Origin: Octopus vulgaris
Lineage: Eukaryota
Assembly: GCA_951406725.2 (NCBI GenBank)
Contig: OX597824.1
Location: forward strand, 9,052,001-9,116,000
Length of the DNA: 64,000 nt
Direction: 5' to 3'
The notes under the pieces are model-generated. The model saw only the letters and a list, made by a program, of their open reading frames with translations. It did no database searches and had not been told where the DNA came from. The translations under genes and the position numbers were made by a program. This document shows positions 41,135 through 55,236 of this stretch, piece after piece (within the stretch, counting starts at the first letter, position 1; each line of letters begins with the position of its first letter).

Positions 41135-41869
41135 TATTTATTTGTCTATCTGTCTGTCTCCCTATCGTTCCTTCTATCTCTGTCTCTATCTTTCTATCTT
41201 TCTATCATTATTTACATATATGTATACATGGATATGTCTGTGCATGTATATTACGCTTGTGTCTGCATGTGTCTGTATTTATTCAAGTACAAAATTGAAG
41301 TAAGCGTGCACATATTGTCCATGTACTCTACGTGTATTATACCATCATTGCTATTTATATTACTAACCAGGAACACTGTTTACTTGACATCACATGTGCG
41401 TGGTGAGTGTGCAACCTAGTTTTCGGTATCACACCAGAAAGCATTTCCATTTCCTCAACGTCGTTAAACACCTCCAGAAAAGCAATAACGGGTCCTAATC
41501 ATATCGTCACCCTTCATTCATACAACTGTTACTGGAACTTAAAGGGAAAAAAAAAAAATTACTCCATGCGTTCTGTATCGTCTTAATTAATTTCTAGCGA
41601 TAACAGCTTGCAACACGGGTTCGAGATTAAAATGGCACCGTTGTTAGTATATAAAAAAAGAAAAATAATAATTAAAAAATTTTGAAAAACCCGGTGCCCT
41701 TTGGAAAGTTACCAACATCAAGTTTTTTGGTAGTATTTTCAGACTGCGTTCTTATGTAAGCTTTAATCGTTGCTTAAGAGAAATAAATAATAATACTTGG
41801 GTATTTATTTAATCGTCAGTATCAGATACCGTGTAAAAATTGACCTTGTGTTACGTCAAAACACATGCC

Positions 41870-42350
41870 GCTACTCAAGCCAACAAGTAAACGTCTACAT
41901 GCTAGAAATAGCAAGTAAATTTTCCTTAAATTACATTCCACCGTCTTAAATACAGAAGTGCACTGTAAAAAAAATGTTGTCAGAATTTGATTAAAAAAAA
42001 AAAAGATTTTGAATGGTCATGGCTGGAAAGACTTTTTACCGTAGGCCTGCTCGGCCAGGATTTACTTAGGGTTAAAAACACGTTAACAACACAGCATGTC
42101 ACTCAAAGTTCTTGGTAAACCTATCATACTGTGGCCCTTTTCATTGTTTTTGTTGCCGCTGTTGTTATATAGCCCCACATAGGTTCTAATTTTGCAGACA
42201 CAATCGAAGGCGTTTCAGTTATAGCCATGCCCCCTTTTTTGCATATATTCAGCTATATTGTCCAATCTGGCCTTCCCTAATTCCGGGAAAATTAGGGTGT
42301 GGTTAAAAAGAATTTGTCTGTTATTTCTAGCAGATCGAACGGTTACGTCA
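41870..42350. repeat. Two oppositely oriented copies of an unclassified dispersed repeat (core ..GCTGCTATTTCTAGCAG.TCGA..)
   Basis: Core motif also seen near 6435, 30440, 36570, 37465, 42790, 49130, 56990, 61210. Confidence 0.6.
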
Positions 42351-43658
42351 GGCATGGTTTTCCGTTGTTATTGTTATTGTTATTGTTGTCGTTGTTGCTG
42401 TTTATAGAACTTCGGAGTTGGGGTTTGCCAGGTCTAAAATTACGTTAAAATTAAATAATGCAATGTGTATGGCCGACCCTCGGCATTGCTCAACTAAAAA
42501 AAGCTTAAAATAATATGTAATCACAATGCAGTCACCTTTGTCTTTCCTCTTCCCGGCTCCGATAAAATAACCAGAAATACACTAAACGCTTCTATAACCC
42601 CACATGATACGAAATACCGAGAGCCTGTTATATAATAGTCAAGGTTCTTAGTTACACCTGATTGTGTGAATGTATGATAAAAAAAAATTAGAAAAAAAAA
42701 AAAAACGCTCACGCTGTGACAATTCTGTGTTTTGAAAATTACTAAAACATCCAAAGAATTCGTGTGTTATTTTCCTTTCTTTTCAAAGAAATTTGGCTGC
42801 TATTTCCAGCCGATAGTGCGACTATGTAGAGATTTGGTTTGTTATTATTTTTATTGACGCCAATAGCAATAGCAGTGTTATTGATATTCTTGTTTTTGTT
42901 GTTGGTATGATGCTGTTTTATCTAATAATAAACAAAATTTTACTTACCTAAAAATGGTATAAGCTTCCGTATTCTTAGAGTAGAGTAATTCAAATGAGTT
43001 TGTTTTGTTTTGTTTTGTTTTCGTTTTTTTTCTGCTGGAAGAATTTTCCTTTAATTATTATTACTATTATTAAATTATTATTACTATTATTATTTCTTCT
43101 TCTTTTAATAGTTGTTGTTGTTGTTTTGAATTTTGACAGGAGTTTGTATTCGTTACGTTATTTGTTTTACGATTTTGGCGTTAATTAATTAGTTCCAGTT
43201 AATTAACTTGTTCCAGACAAAATCATCCCTTTGGGTAAAATTAAAAGAATCGAAGAGAATTGTAAAGATTAATTAATTAAAAATAAAACAACTAAAATAA
43301 AATAAATAAATAAATAAATAAATTGCCGAGTAAGAATTAGAATCAAAACTGTAGTTTCAGTCCAAGTGAAATATAAAAATGGTTAACGCGGTCAATCCGG
43401 GTGAACACACACTTTTCCTATAAATTATTATTATTATCGGGTATTGCTTGGTGTTTCTGCATTCAAAATGGCTCAAAAGCCTTGGTATGTTGTCACTGAA
43501 TGAGTGCCTTAGTGAAAAGTGAACTGATGGAGAGTTTTTGCTTGGATTTGGGTATGTGTGACAAGTTGTACGAGAACGAGGCTGGATGTTTGGGTGGTTG
43601 ATCTGAGGATTGGCTGGCTAAATGATGGAATAAAGGGTGTGCGTGTATGTGTGTATGC

Positions 43659-43690
<32 letters not shown>

Positions 43691-44434
43691 ATGTGTGTAT
43701 GTGTGTGTCTCTGTGTGTGTGTAAGTAAATAAAAAGAAAAAATAGAAAGAAAGCGACAAATCGAATGCAAGAGGCGGTGTGGAGAAGTTGGAGATAGCGA
43801 TGGTGCTTTCGATAAAAATTTTCTGTTAACAAACACTGAAGAATTGATAGAGAAAACGACAGAGAGAAAGAACAGAGCAGAGAGAGGATGAGAGAGAGAG
43901 AGAGAGAGAGAGAGCAACTGACAACAGACAGACAGGCAAACAGACAGACACAAAATCTGTGTGAATGTCTGTGCGTACAAATATAAGTTTGGGTATATGT
44001 GTATAGATATGCACTTGTTTGTATATGTAAGGTGAATGACAGAGAACGTGGAATATAAGATGAGAGCGATAGAGAGAGAGAGAGGGGGAGTTGGAGAAAG
44101 AGAGAGAGAGAGAGCGGGAAAGTGGAATGAAGAGGTTTATATATCAATCAATGAAGAGAAGAATGGAGATACGAGGGAAAAGAATGTGAAAGTGAAAGTG
44201 ATTGGAAATGTCTAGAAAGAAATAAGAAATAAAGTGATAGATGGATATATTAAGAGATAGAAAGAGAAGAGGAGCTAATAGTAGAAAGAGAGAGAGAGAG
44301 CGAGAGAGAGAGAGATAGAGAGAGGGGTGGGGGAGGGATAAGGCAATCAGGTAAGGTAGAGGAAGTTTAAGACATCAGAACAATGAGGAGGAAGTGAAGA
44401 GAGGAAGAGAGGAATATAAAAGGAAAACAGAAGA

Positions 44435-44495
<61 letters not shown>

Positions 44496-45058
44496 GACAG
44501 TAATAACAAAACAAACAATGAAAGCAAGTGTTATCGTTGTTCACGTGGATCAACACCTACCGGTGGAGTATTTTCCCCTGCGGTGTATGTGTGTGTGTGT
44601 GAGAAAGTAGGGGAGAGAAAGAAAGAATGAGGGAAAGAGAGAAAAAGAGGGAGGGAGGGAGGAAGAGAGAGACAGTGATCAAAAGGTGGCGGCGGCGGTG
44701 TTGGTATTGGTGGTGGTGGTGTTGGTGTTGTGGAGTTTGCTAATCAAAACAAGCAGCTAGATTACAGAAAGCACCGTTGGAAGTAGTCGAGTTGATGGTA
44801 TTTTCCGATCTGAAGAGATTGTTGTTGTTGTTGTTGTTGATGTTCTTTCTCAGGGACGCCATCGATGACGACGACGACAACGACAACGGAAACGACGATG
44901 TCGACGACGACGACGACGACGACAATACTAGTCGTAACAATACCAATAATAATAATGATAATAATAATAATAATAATAATAATATGAGTTTCTTTGCCCT
45001 AGGAGTCGGGAAGACACTCGGCAAGAAATGTAAACAAATTTGAATGAGGTAAAAAAAA

Positions 45059-45110
<52 letters not shown>

Positions 45111-46250
45111 GTAGTAATAGAAGAGTAGTTACAACGCGACAGCAGCAGCGAAGAAATCAGTAACAGAACGGAAAAATATTGAACAATAACAAAGGCGACG
45201 ACCAAAGCGTTTAGTGGTTGTCTCTGTGTATAAGTATTCCTGAGTCGTTCATTGGTATAAACCAATTCCGTGTTTCGTGTTTACTTTTTTTTTTCCTTGA
45301 TTATTAATTTTAGCGGGTTTTGTTTTTGTTTAAGTATTTTTACATTTTGGTCTTTTTTTTTTTAGTCTTTCTTCGTTCGTTTTCTTTGTGGGTAGTTTGT
45401 GGGTGTTATGGGGGGTGGTTCTATTGTATGGTGTGTATGTGATTGTGTTTGTGTTTCGTTATTGTTTAGTAGTTGCAAGCAGACAATTCTAATGATAATG
45501 TCGTGTTTTTCAGCTGTGTTATGAGTCTCAATGCAATTAATGAATAAATGAATGAATGAAAGAAAGATTGAACGATAAAGAATGGAACGAACGAACGAGG
45601 GAACGAACGAACGAATGGAGCGAACGAATGAAAAGAAAGAAGGCAAGAATTAACGATTGAAAGAATGAACGAATGGCAGAATTAATGATTAAATAAATAA
45701 ATATACGGATGAATGAATGGTTGAATGAATAGAGGCGAACGCCTAGACGAAGCACAACAACAGCTCGAAATAGAGGAAGAAATAGAGAAAGACAGAGAGA
45801 GAGAGATACAGAGATGGAGAAAGAGAGAGAGAGAGAAGGAGGCAGGGAGGAAAATTCTTACGGAAGCAAGCATGTATCGGCTTGTTACATGTGACCAAGA
45901 ATGCGCACACTTGTCTCTCAGCATAAGACTTCCCCCTCTCGTTGGCGCTGTTGCACCGTTTCTCTTCACCTTACCGACACATAGGCATCTCAAGATAAAC
46001 ACGCATACACACACACATATATATAGTTTTATTGCATTCATCAAATAGATGCACACACGCACACACATACACATAGAAAGCGGTGCGTGCACGTCTTTTC
46101 AATGCCCATTTTTCAATGCCAACTTTTGCGTGGTGGCTGGCGTAAGCAACTGGTTTCTAAAGTGACACGATAAGAAAAAAATACTATATACATACATACA
46201 TACATACATATATATATATATATAAATATGTATATATATATATATAATAT

Positions 46251-46341
<91 letters not shown>

Positions 46342-46381
46342 GTATATATATATATATATATATTTTGTATATATATATATA

Positions 46382-46565
<184 letters not shown>

Positions 46566-46575
46566 CATGTATGTA

Positions 46576-46618
<43 letters not shown>

Positions 46619-46620
46619 AT

Positions 46621-46652
<32 letters not shown>

Positions 46653-46698
46653 AATACAAATACATACACACACATATATATATCTATATATCTATCTA

Positions 46699-46730
<32 letters not shown>

Positions 46731-47147
46731 CATATCTATATATATACACATATCTATATATGTGTGTATGTATGTATGCATAATGGTGTTGTTTAACTTA
46801 AGCATACGTAAATACTGGTTGAGCAGACCTATGATCAAACGCAATCCAAACGTGATTACCCCTTCTAAATATTTCCACACATAGTGCCGCCTTATAAACG
46901 TGTCTATTTATCAAAGAGGATGTAAATTGACGAAAATTTGGCCGATTATTCTGGCAGGTTGAGTGCTCAAGTGTAGGCTATGCTCCCGATGTTGGAGTGT
47001 GTGCGTGTATATAAATATATATGCATGAATATATATGTGTATGTATGTGTATATACATATATATTCATGCATATATATATCTATATACACATTTATAAAC
47101 ATAATTTATATACATATGTATGCATATATACATAGAAACATACATAC

Positions 47148-47216
<69 letters not shown>

Positions 47217-47419
47217 GTATGTATATATATATAACCTAATAGCCAATACATATGCATATGTGCAAATATATTTGTACGTGTGTGTGCGCACGTGTGTGGT
47301 GTGTTGGAATTTGCAAACGTGAGTAAAGAAGCACTTGATACGTAAGTAGTGTTGATAAATTGATAAATTTATTCGATCGAAGCTAAGGACTTTCCTCCGT
47401 TGTTACTCGGAGTTTCGTA

Positions 47420-47469
<50 letters not shown>

Positions 47470-47620
47470 CATATATATATTGTTTAGCATATCTATCCAT
47501 TTATTTATCTATCTCTCCATCTATCTATCTATCTCTCAATCTATATATCTACTTATATGTATATATATATTTTTTTTTCTAGTTTCAGCTCAGAGCTGCG
47601 GCCATGCTGATGCACCACCG

Positions 47621-47697
<77 letters not shown>

Positions 47698-48040
47698 CAT
47701 GCATGGATATATACTCATTTGATTTACATACATGCATGTATATATATACATGCATGGATGTATAATCCTTTGATATACATACATACCTATATACATACCC
47801 ACACGCGTTTTGGCGCGCACACGAATGGTGTGGAGAGATATAGACAGGCATAAATCACAAGATATATATAAGGTAAGTGTGGAATAAGGTCTAGACAGAG
47901 TGAGGGAAAGTGGAGAAGGGAGAGAGGGGGAAAAACAGGAGAAAATTGAGTGAAAGAGAGAGAGAGAGAGAGGGGTGGGAAGATAGACGCATTTGTGTCT
48001 ATCTTCCCACAGGTAGATGGACAGATAGATAGGTAGATAA

Positions 48041-48090
<50 letters not shown>

Positions 48091-48429
48091 GATGGATAGA
48101 TTGATAGATAGATATATCGATCGATAGATAGAAAGATGGATAGATTGATAGATAGATAGATAAATAGATTGATAGATAGATATATAGATAAGTAGATAGA
48201 TAGATTGAGATATAGATAGATAGAGGGACAGATAGATAAATAAATGGATAGATATGCTAAACAATAGATAGATAGACAGACAGACAGGTATGTTTCTATA
48301 TTAGCCACACATGGCTGCACACAGACGGGACAAATTACAAGGTAGAGCTTTTCTTTTTGGGGATAGACAGACAGATAGATAGATTGATTGATAATTAGAC
48401 AGATAGTTAAATTGATAGATATGCTAAAC

Positions 48430-48509
<80 letters not shown>

Positions 48510-48616
48510 CAATCGTAAGTAGTCTAGAGAGAAAGGAAATTCAAACCGAGAGAGAGAGAGAGAGATAGACAGTCAGAGTGATAAAGAGAAAGAGAGAATC
48601 GCAGTGAGGCTGAAAG

Positions 48617-48682
<66 letters not shown>

Positions 48683-49214
48683 GAAGTCGGGTATATAGCG
48701 AGTTCTAGTGACAAAGATCTCGGCTGCTCAGACAGAAGTAGTTGTGTGCAGACGAGCAGTTGTATAGGATGAGTTACTAAAGACATTCAGCTATGCACAC
48801 GTAACTTTTGCTACGCGCGTCACGTTTCAGTGGTTTCCTTTGTACAAACTAAGACCGGAAATGCCCATTTGTTAGATTTGTGGTTATTGTTGTATTTATT
48901 GTTGTAGAAGTTGTTGTTGTTGAGGTGGTGGTGGTTTTTGTAGCCCTTAATCGCCGAGATATGCTTTCTAGTTCTTACCAGCGGTGTCCTACTTATGCTG
49001 TAGTTTTCGATCATTAATACATATTAATCGAAGCCTAATAAGATTCTTATCTGATGTTTTATACCTTCCTATTTTAAAGATCGTACAAAAATATAATTAT
49101 CCGACGGGAGAAGGAGATGCATTGTGGTTATTGGCTGCTATTTCTAGCTTTTCTGTCGATCACATGTGTGCTTTCTCGTTTTTATCGCTGTTAACGACGA
49201 CGAAGACGACCACG

Positions 49215-49215
49215 G

Positions 49216-49263
<48 letters not shown>

Positions 49264-49284
49264 CGATGATGATGGTGGTGGTGG

Positions 49285-49355
<71 letters not shown>

Positions 49356-49465
49356 ATGATGATGGTGATGATGATGATGGTGATGGTGATGATGATGATG
49401 ATGATGATGGTGATGGTGATGATGATGATGGTGATGATGATGATGATGATGATGGTGATGGTGAC
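49215..49465. repeat. (GAT)n/(GGT)n trinucleotide array
   Basis: About 250 bp of GAT/GGT; explains the poly-M/D/H ORFs. Confidence 0.95.
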
Positions 49466-49693
49466 GGCGACGCTTATGATGGAACTGGAACCGGAGGAGC
49501 GGGAGAAGGAGGAGGAGGAAGGGGAGATGGCAAGAAAAGATGCTGAATGCGTTATTGTTATGAAGTAAGAGGTCAGTAAATGTTAGAAGATGACTATAAG
49601 TGTGGCAGTCTGCCATGACATCTGTCCATCTATGTATGTATGTATGTATCTAGCTATCTATTTATCGATCGATCGATCTACTTGTCTATACTC

Positions 49694-49726
<33 letters not shown>

Positions 49727-49904
49727 TATGAGTTCAGTAAAAATTTAGATTCAGATGAATATGGTACTTAAGTTGAGACGCCAGAATTTAGTACGGTAAT
49801 ATCCATACAATTTCAAAATAAGGTGATTAAAATCAAGGATATCTTTGTTGCTTATTTTGATATATATATATATATACAAGAAAAAAGCAACAAAAATGGA
49901 TCAA

Positions 49905-49998
49905 TATTTCGGTACAATTGTTTCGTACGAAGACCACCTTTATTAAGGCTGCAAATATTGCAGCAAATACAAGTGACCCGTACTCATCAGCCGAAATA
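49905..49998 (-). ncRNA. Canonical type I hammerhead ribozyme
   Basis: Minus: tatttcgg-CTGATGA-gtacg...cgtac-GAAAC-aatt-GTA-ccgaaata; perfect 8-bp stem I, G-C closed extended stem II, palindromic stem III ACAATTGT; in a unique island of about 170 bp (49877-50050) between (TA)n tracts. Confidence 0.92.
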
Positions 49999-50068
49999 AC
50001 ATCTGAGTTCTCAAAACATCAGGGATAGTTCTATATAAATCAGATTTAGATATATGTATATATACATA

Positions 50069-50217
<149 letters not shown>

Positions 50218-50450
50218 CGGAGTAGATAAAACAGAGGACAACTGATGAAGTGAATGTTCTTTATGTTGCCTGTCTAGATTCTCCGTTTGTTTTTTGTTCG
50301 CTCTTCGAAAAAAGTTCGTTTTCTATGTTTTGACTTTTTATGCTTTCGTTTTTCACTGTCTACGTCCATGTCTATGCGCTGTACCCATATATGCAGGTAT
50401 ATATATACATATATATATGTAGGTTCTTACAAATATGTATGTATATATGC

Positions 50451-50497
<47 letters not shown>

Positions 50498-50509
50498 TAT
50501 GTCTGTGTG

Positions 50510-50836
50510 AAGGTGCATGGCTCAGTGGTTAGAGCGTCGAGCTTACGGTCGTGAGGTTGTGAGTTCGAATCCCGGACCGGGCTGCGTGTTGTGTTCTTGA
50601 GCAAGACACTTTATTTTCACATTGCTCCAGTTCACTCAGCCGTAAAAATGAGTTGTGACATCATTGAGGTCAAGCTGTAACGGCCTTTGCTTTCTATCAG
50701 TGGTGTGGAGAGGGGAGGGTGGTATGCATGGGCGACTGCTAGCCTTCCATAAAGAACCTTGCCCGGACTTGTACCTCGGAGGGTAACTTTCTAGGTGCAA
50801 TCACAAGGTCATTCATGACTGAAGGCAGTCTACCTC
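50510..50836 (+). mobile_element. tRNA-derived SINE family C variant
   Basis: TGGCTCAGTGGTTAGAGCG...GAGTTCGAATCCC (clear A/B boxes); homologous along its length to 58026-58366. Confidence 0.9.
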
Positions 50837-50867
50837 ATATATATGTATATATATATATATATATATA

Positions 50868-51086
50868 CTTCACAAGGGGCTAAACACAGAGGGGACAAAC
50901 AAGGACAGACAAACGGATTAAGTCGATTCCATCGACCCCAGTGCGTAACTGGTACTTAATTTATCGACCCCGGAAGGATGAAAGTCAAAGTCAACCTCGG
51001 CGGAATTTGAACTCAGAACTTAACAGCAGACGAAATACGGCTTCGCATTTCGCCCGGCGTGCTACCGTTTCTGCCAGCTTGCCGCT
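50868..51086 (-). mobile_element. SINE family B
   Basis: Highly similar to 31810-32025. Confidence 0.9.
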
Positions 51087-51096
51087 TACATATATA

Positions 51097-51144
<48 letters not shown>

Positions 51145-51152
51145 CGTGCATA

Positions 51153-51199
<47 letters not shown>

Positions 51200-51984
51200 T
51201 GGCTTCACGTCAGAGCTTCTGTGGTAAGGCATATGTATATATGTGCATGTACGTTCGAAAACATTAAGAATATATTCAGTTTAGAGCAAAAATAGAAGGC
51301 CTTGGGAGGATAGAAAGATAAGGTATTTCCAATGTAGCACTCAACTCGAGCTTTAAGCTTTCTGCAATGTCGTTTTCTACACTGATATCAAGATTCATAA
51401 GATGCAGAAAATCCATATTTCACAACGGTAAAAGCGTTATGTCGGATTAGCGAAAAAGTTAAATACGTATAATCCAAAGAGGAAGGCAAAGCAAGACTTT
51501 AACACATCGTCAAGGATCACTTACAATTGTTTCTGTAGCAACTCGGCTTTCAATGTCAGTTCACGCAAAAGATCTCCCAATGCTTTGGCACGCATATTCC
51601 CATACATACACGAATACTCGAACCATACATGAAAAAGAAAATTAATAAAGATAGTAAAATTTCGATCAAAAGGGATCGAATGTATCTTAAAAAGGCGATC
51701 AAAAGGGATTATGTATCAAAAATGTAAAAAGTAAGATTAGGTTTATTCGTAGAAAGAAAAGCCTACGGAAAAAAACCACGGTAACCTTATGCAAGGAGGG
51801 AATAAACACATGAGTGCAAAGAGCTCTGTATCTTTTTTCGATTTACAAGATCATGCTCAAAGTCGTTTCATCACTCGCACGTACAATCTTTGCTACATTC
51901 ACTCACCTTTTTTTGAAACTTTCAATAGACAAAACCTGTCTCTCTATTCTCACCTTCCTTTACAAGTGGTACTTGAAAAAGTTG

Positions 51985-52425
51985 ATGAGCGATTGGCCAG
52001 AGAGGTGTTTGTCTCTACTCCTTTCGTTCGAGTCCACCACACACATTCTTTCACCATGGCCACCAGTACGATGAAGACTGCCTTGCCTTCCCGGTTGAGG
52101 GAAGATGGCGGAGCAACTACACCAACAGACTCGGCCGACAGGCGGACTCGTCCCAGACGGACAGATGGATGGATGGATGTATAGATGGATGGATACATAG
52201 ATAGATTGAGAGCGAGACAGACAGACAGATACATAGACAGATAAATAGACTGATAAATAGATGGAGCTTATCCCGAACAGGTAATGCTTCTCGATAGCAC
52301 AACCAGGCCAGGGATCTTTGGAGATTGTCCATGGGTCCCGGCCCGAAAGTTTCCTGAACAGGCGGGTCAGGTGTTCCTCGTCGACGCACAGATTCTGTCC
52401 GAGAGCGTCGTCGCACCTCCCCTAC
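51985..52425 (-). mobile_element. L1/Tx1-like LINE ORF2 C-terminal fragments split by (GATA/GATG/GACA)n
   Basis: GC-rich islands; minus translations LQRSLAWLCYREALPVRDKL (zf-RVT-like W.....LP..D.L) and FIVLVAMVKECVWWTR (L1/Tx1 C-terminal K..IW..R-like). Confidence 0.65.
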
Positions 52426-52430
52426 ACTAG

Positions 52431-52529
<99 letters not shown>

Positions 52530-52594
52530 TGATAGATAGACAAAGAAAAACAAAAGAATGTGAACGGTTTGCATAATCGTTTTCACGGAAGAAA

Positions 52595-52790
52595 ATTACT
52601 TAGCGCCATTTCTTCCGACTCTTCACATCTTGAGTTCAAATCCTGCCATGATCAACTCGCCGTCTATCCTTCCAGGGTCTATAAATTTTATTACCGCTCA
52701 AGCACTGGGGTCGATGTAATCGACTTGTGCTTTCTCCTCACAACTGCTAGAATTCAGTCAAAGGTCGAAACTATTTTTATTGATTTGAAT
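52595..52790 (+). mobile_element. SINE family B, diverged
   Basis: TGAGTTCAAATCCTGCC...CACTGGGGTCGATGTAATCGAC. Confidence 0.75.
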
Positions 52791-52874
52791 CAGGTTCGGT
52801 TTTTATCCCTGGTATGATTTATGTGGGTAGCGGGTTACTACCTTTAACCTTAGGTACCTAATAGGTTTCAATAG

Positions 52875-52968
52875 CCTTTCATGTTCTTAGAACCCTCTTG
52901 ATAATGTTTACTGTCCCTAAGAGGAAAACTTTCTGCAGAAGTTCTACAGGAAATTATATTCCAATTAT
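52875..52968 (-). mobile_element. R4-like RLE extreme C-terminus
   Basis: Minus translation PVELLQKVFLLGTVNIIKRVL, starting after a short (TAA)n. Confidence 0.65.
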
Positions 52969-52980
52969 CATTATTATTAT

Positions 52981-53232
52981 TCAGTAGTTTTATTTTTATA
53001 ACGTGCTTTCACTTCACTACCGAGCGCAGCTCTGTGTGCCTTGGGTATGTGCTGTGGTTTGTTGTGATGCTCTGATGGTTACTGTATTGAAAGTGTTCTG
53101 CGTAGGATGTGTGCAGTGCCCAGCAGTGCAATTTTATGTATGTTATATATGTTTGTAAGTCCTGGTGTTTTTGTTATGTATTTGTCTGAATATTTTTTTA
53201 TCATACCTAATGCGCCTACTATGATAGGGATT
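52981..53232 (-). mobile_element. R4/Dong-like 3' end (second family) in (TAA)n
   Basis: IPIIVGALGMIKKYSDKYITKTPGLTNIYNIHKIALLGTAHILRRTLSIQ*; same 3' UTR as 35793-35950. Confidence 0.9.
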
Positions 53233-53257
53233 ATTATCATTATCATTATCATTAATA

Positions 53258-53312
<55 letters not shown>

Positions 53313-53434
53313 CATTATTATTATTATCATTATCATTAATATCATTATTATTATCATTATTATTATTATCATTATCATTAATATTATTATTATCATCATT
53401 ATCATTAATATTATTATTATTATTATCATTATTA

Positions 53435-53486
<52 letters not shown>

Positions 53487-53794
53487 CATTATTATTATTA
53501 TCATTATCATTAATATCATTATTATTATCATTATTATTATTATCATTATCATTAATATTATTATTATCATCATTATCATTAATATTATTATTATTATTAT
53601 CATTATTATTATTATTATTATTATTATCATTATTATTATTATCATTATCATTAATATCATTATTATTATCATTATTATTATTATCATTATCATTAATATT
53701 ATTATTATTATCATTATCATTAATATTATTATTATTATTATCATTATTATCATTATTATTATCATTAATATTATTATTATTATTATCATTATTA

Positions 53795-53858
<64 letters not shown>

Positions 53859-54047
53859 CATTATTATTATTATCATTATCATTAATATTATTATTATTAT
53901 CAGTATCATTAATATTATTATTATTATTATTATTATTATTATCATTATTATCATTATTATTATCATTATTATCATTATTATTATCATTAATATTTATTAT
54001 TATTATTATTATCATTATTATCATTATTATTATTATTATTATTATTA

Positions 54048-54100
<53 letters not shown>
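53233..54100. repeat. About 870-bp (ATT/ATC/AAT)n array with higher-order structure
   Basis: Recurring ATCATTATCATTAAT marker within (ATT)n. Confidence 0.92.
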
Positions 54101-54102
<2 letters not shown>

Positions 54103-54199
54103 GAAGGAACAAACATGAAGAGGTTTCTTCTCCCATTTAGCACATTTTTCATGCACTTTTTCACAGTATAGAAAGAGTTTTACGTAGGATTTGTTCGGT

Positions 54200-54507
54200 A
54201 CCTTGTCATGCTATTTTCTGTATGTTATATACATTCGTAAGTTCTGCTGTTTTGGGTATGTATTCGTCTGAATACACTTGCTATTATAGGAATTGTTGCT
54301 GTTTTGGGGCTCCACATTCCAGTTATCTCCATTTCTAGAGCTTTGTATTTTGAGAGTATCTCCGTTTCTTTTTCCGACGCATTGTCATCTGTTGGGGTTG
54401 ATATATCGATTAGTAGGCATTTTTATTGGTGGTCTCTCACAACTATAACCGGTCTATTAACCTTTATTTCTCTGTCTGTGTGCTTTGGTATATCCCAGAT
54501 TGTTGTT
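54200..54507 (-). mobile_element. R4/Dong-like RLE domain fragment
   Basis: Minus translation IWDIPKHTDREIKVNRPVIVVRDH..KCLLIDISTPTDDNASEKETEILSKYKALEMEITGMW. Confidence 0.85.
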
Positions 54508-54515
54508 GCTTTGTG

Positions 54516-54577
<62 letters not shown>

Positions 54578-55196
54578 TTGTTATTGTTGCTCATGTTGTT
54601 ATTATTATTACGTGAAAGAGTAGCACATGTCATGAAAGTGACACTGGGGTACGAACCCCAATATACCCATCATGGCTGCCCGTGTGATAAGGTTACACCA
54701 GACACATGCATCACAACCATCACCAACCTTAACAATAACACGTAAAATTAACGCTAATCTTAAACCTGACACTAAGCCCAGAACTACCTCTAAAAATAAA
54801 CCTAATTCTAACACTTAGTCGAAAGCATTAACCCCCGAAGTAACCCTATGCCAAATGTTGCTTCCTCCGCGATCTGGATTAAAATTCTGTGAAGCGCATC
54901 TCATGAACAGAAATCAGGAATAAATCTTTACTGTAGGAAACCATATCATGTGTGGAATTTCTTTCATGTTATTAAATGTAACGGATGAAATACAGACTAC
55001 ACAGGACAATCGAGGGTAAACATAGAATGACCGATCATCAGCAACTCTATGGAGACCCCGATAACAGACAAACAACTGTGAACATTTGCACGTACGTGCG
55101 ATTAACCAATACCCAGGTACCAAGTCTTGTCATAACATGTTTTGAGAAAAGCCACAGACCAAACTTAAATGAATAAAAATATATTTAGTTATTATG

Positions 55197-55230
<34 letters not shown>

Positions 55231-55236
<6 letters not shown>

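Noticed and set aside
43490-43520. Small hairpin containing GTGCCTTA (miR-124 seed complement)
   Set aside because: Too short for a pre-miRNA; a single 8-mer is expected by chance in 64 kb.
50515-50582. tRNA-like sequences at SINE heads
   Set aside because: They continue into SINE bodies, lack a proper acceptor stem and terminator, and several have TSDs; not tRNA genes.
53079-54156. 300-337-aa poly-Ile/Asn ORFs
   Set aside because: (ATT)n array; only the last 50 or so residues of 53079..53987 are real, and they are retrotransposon-derived.
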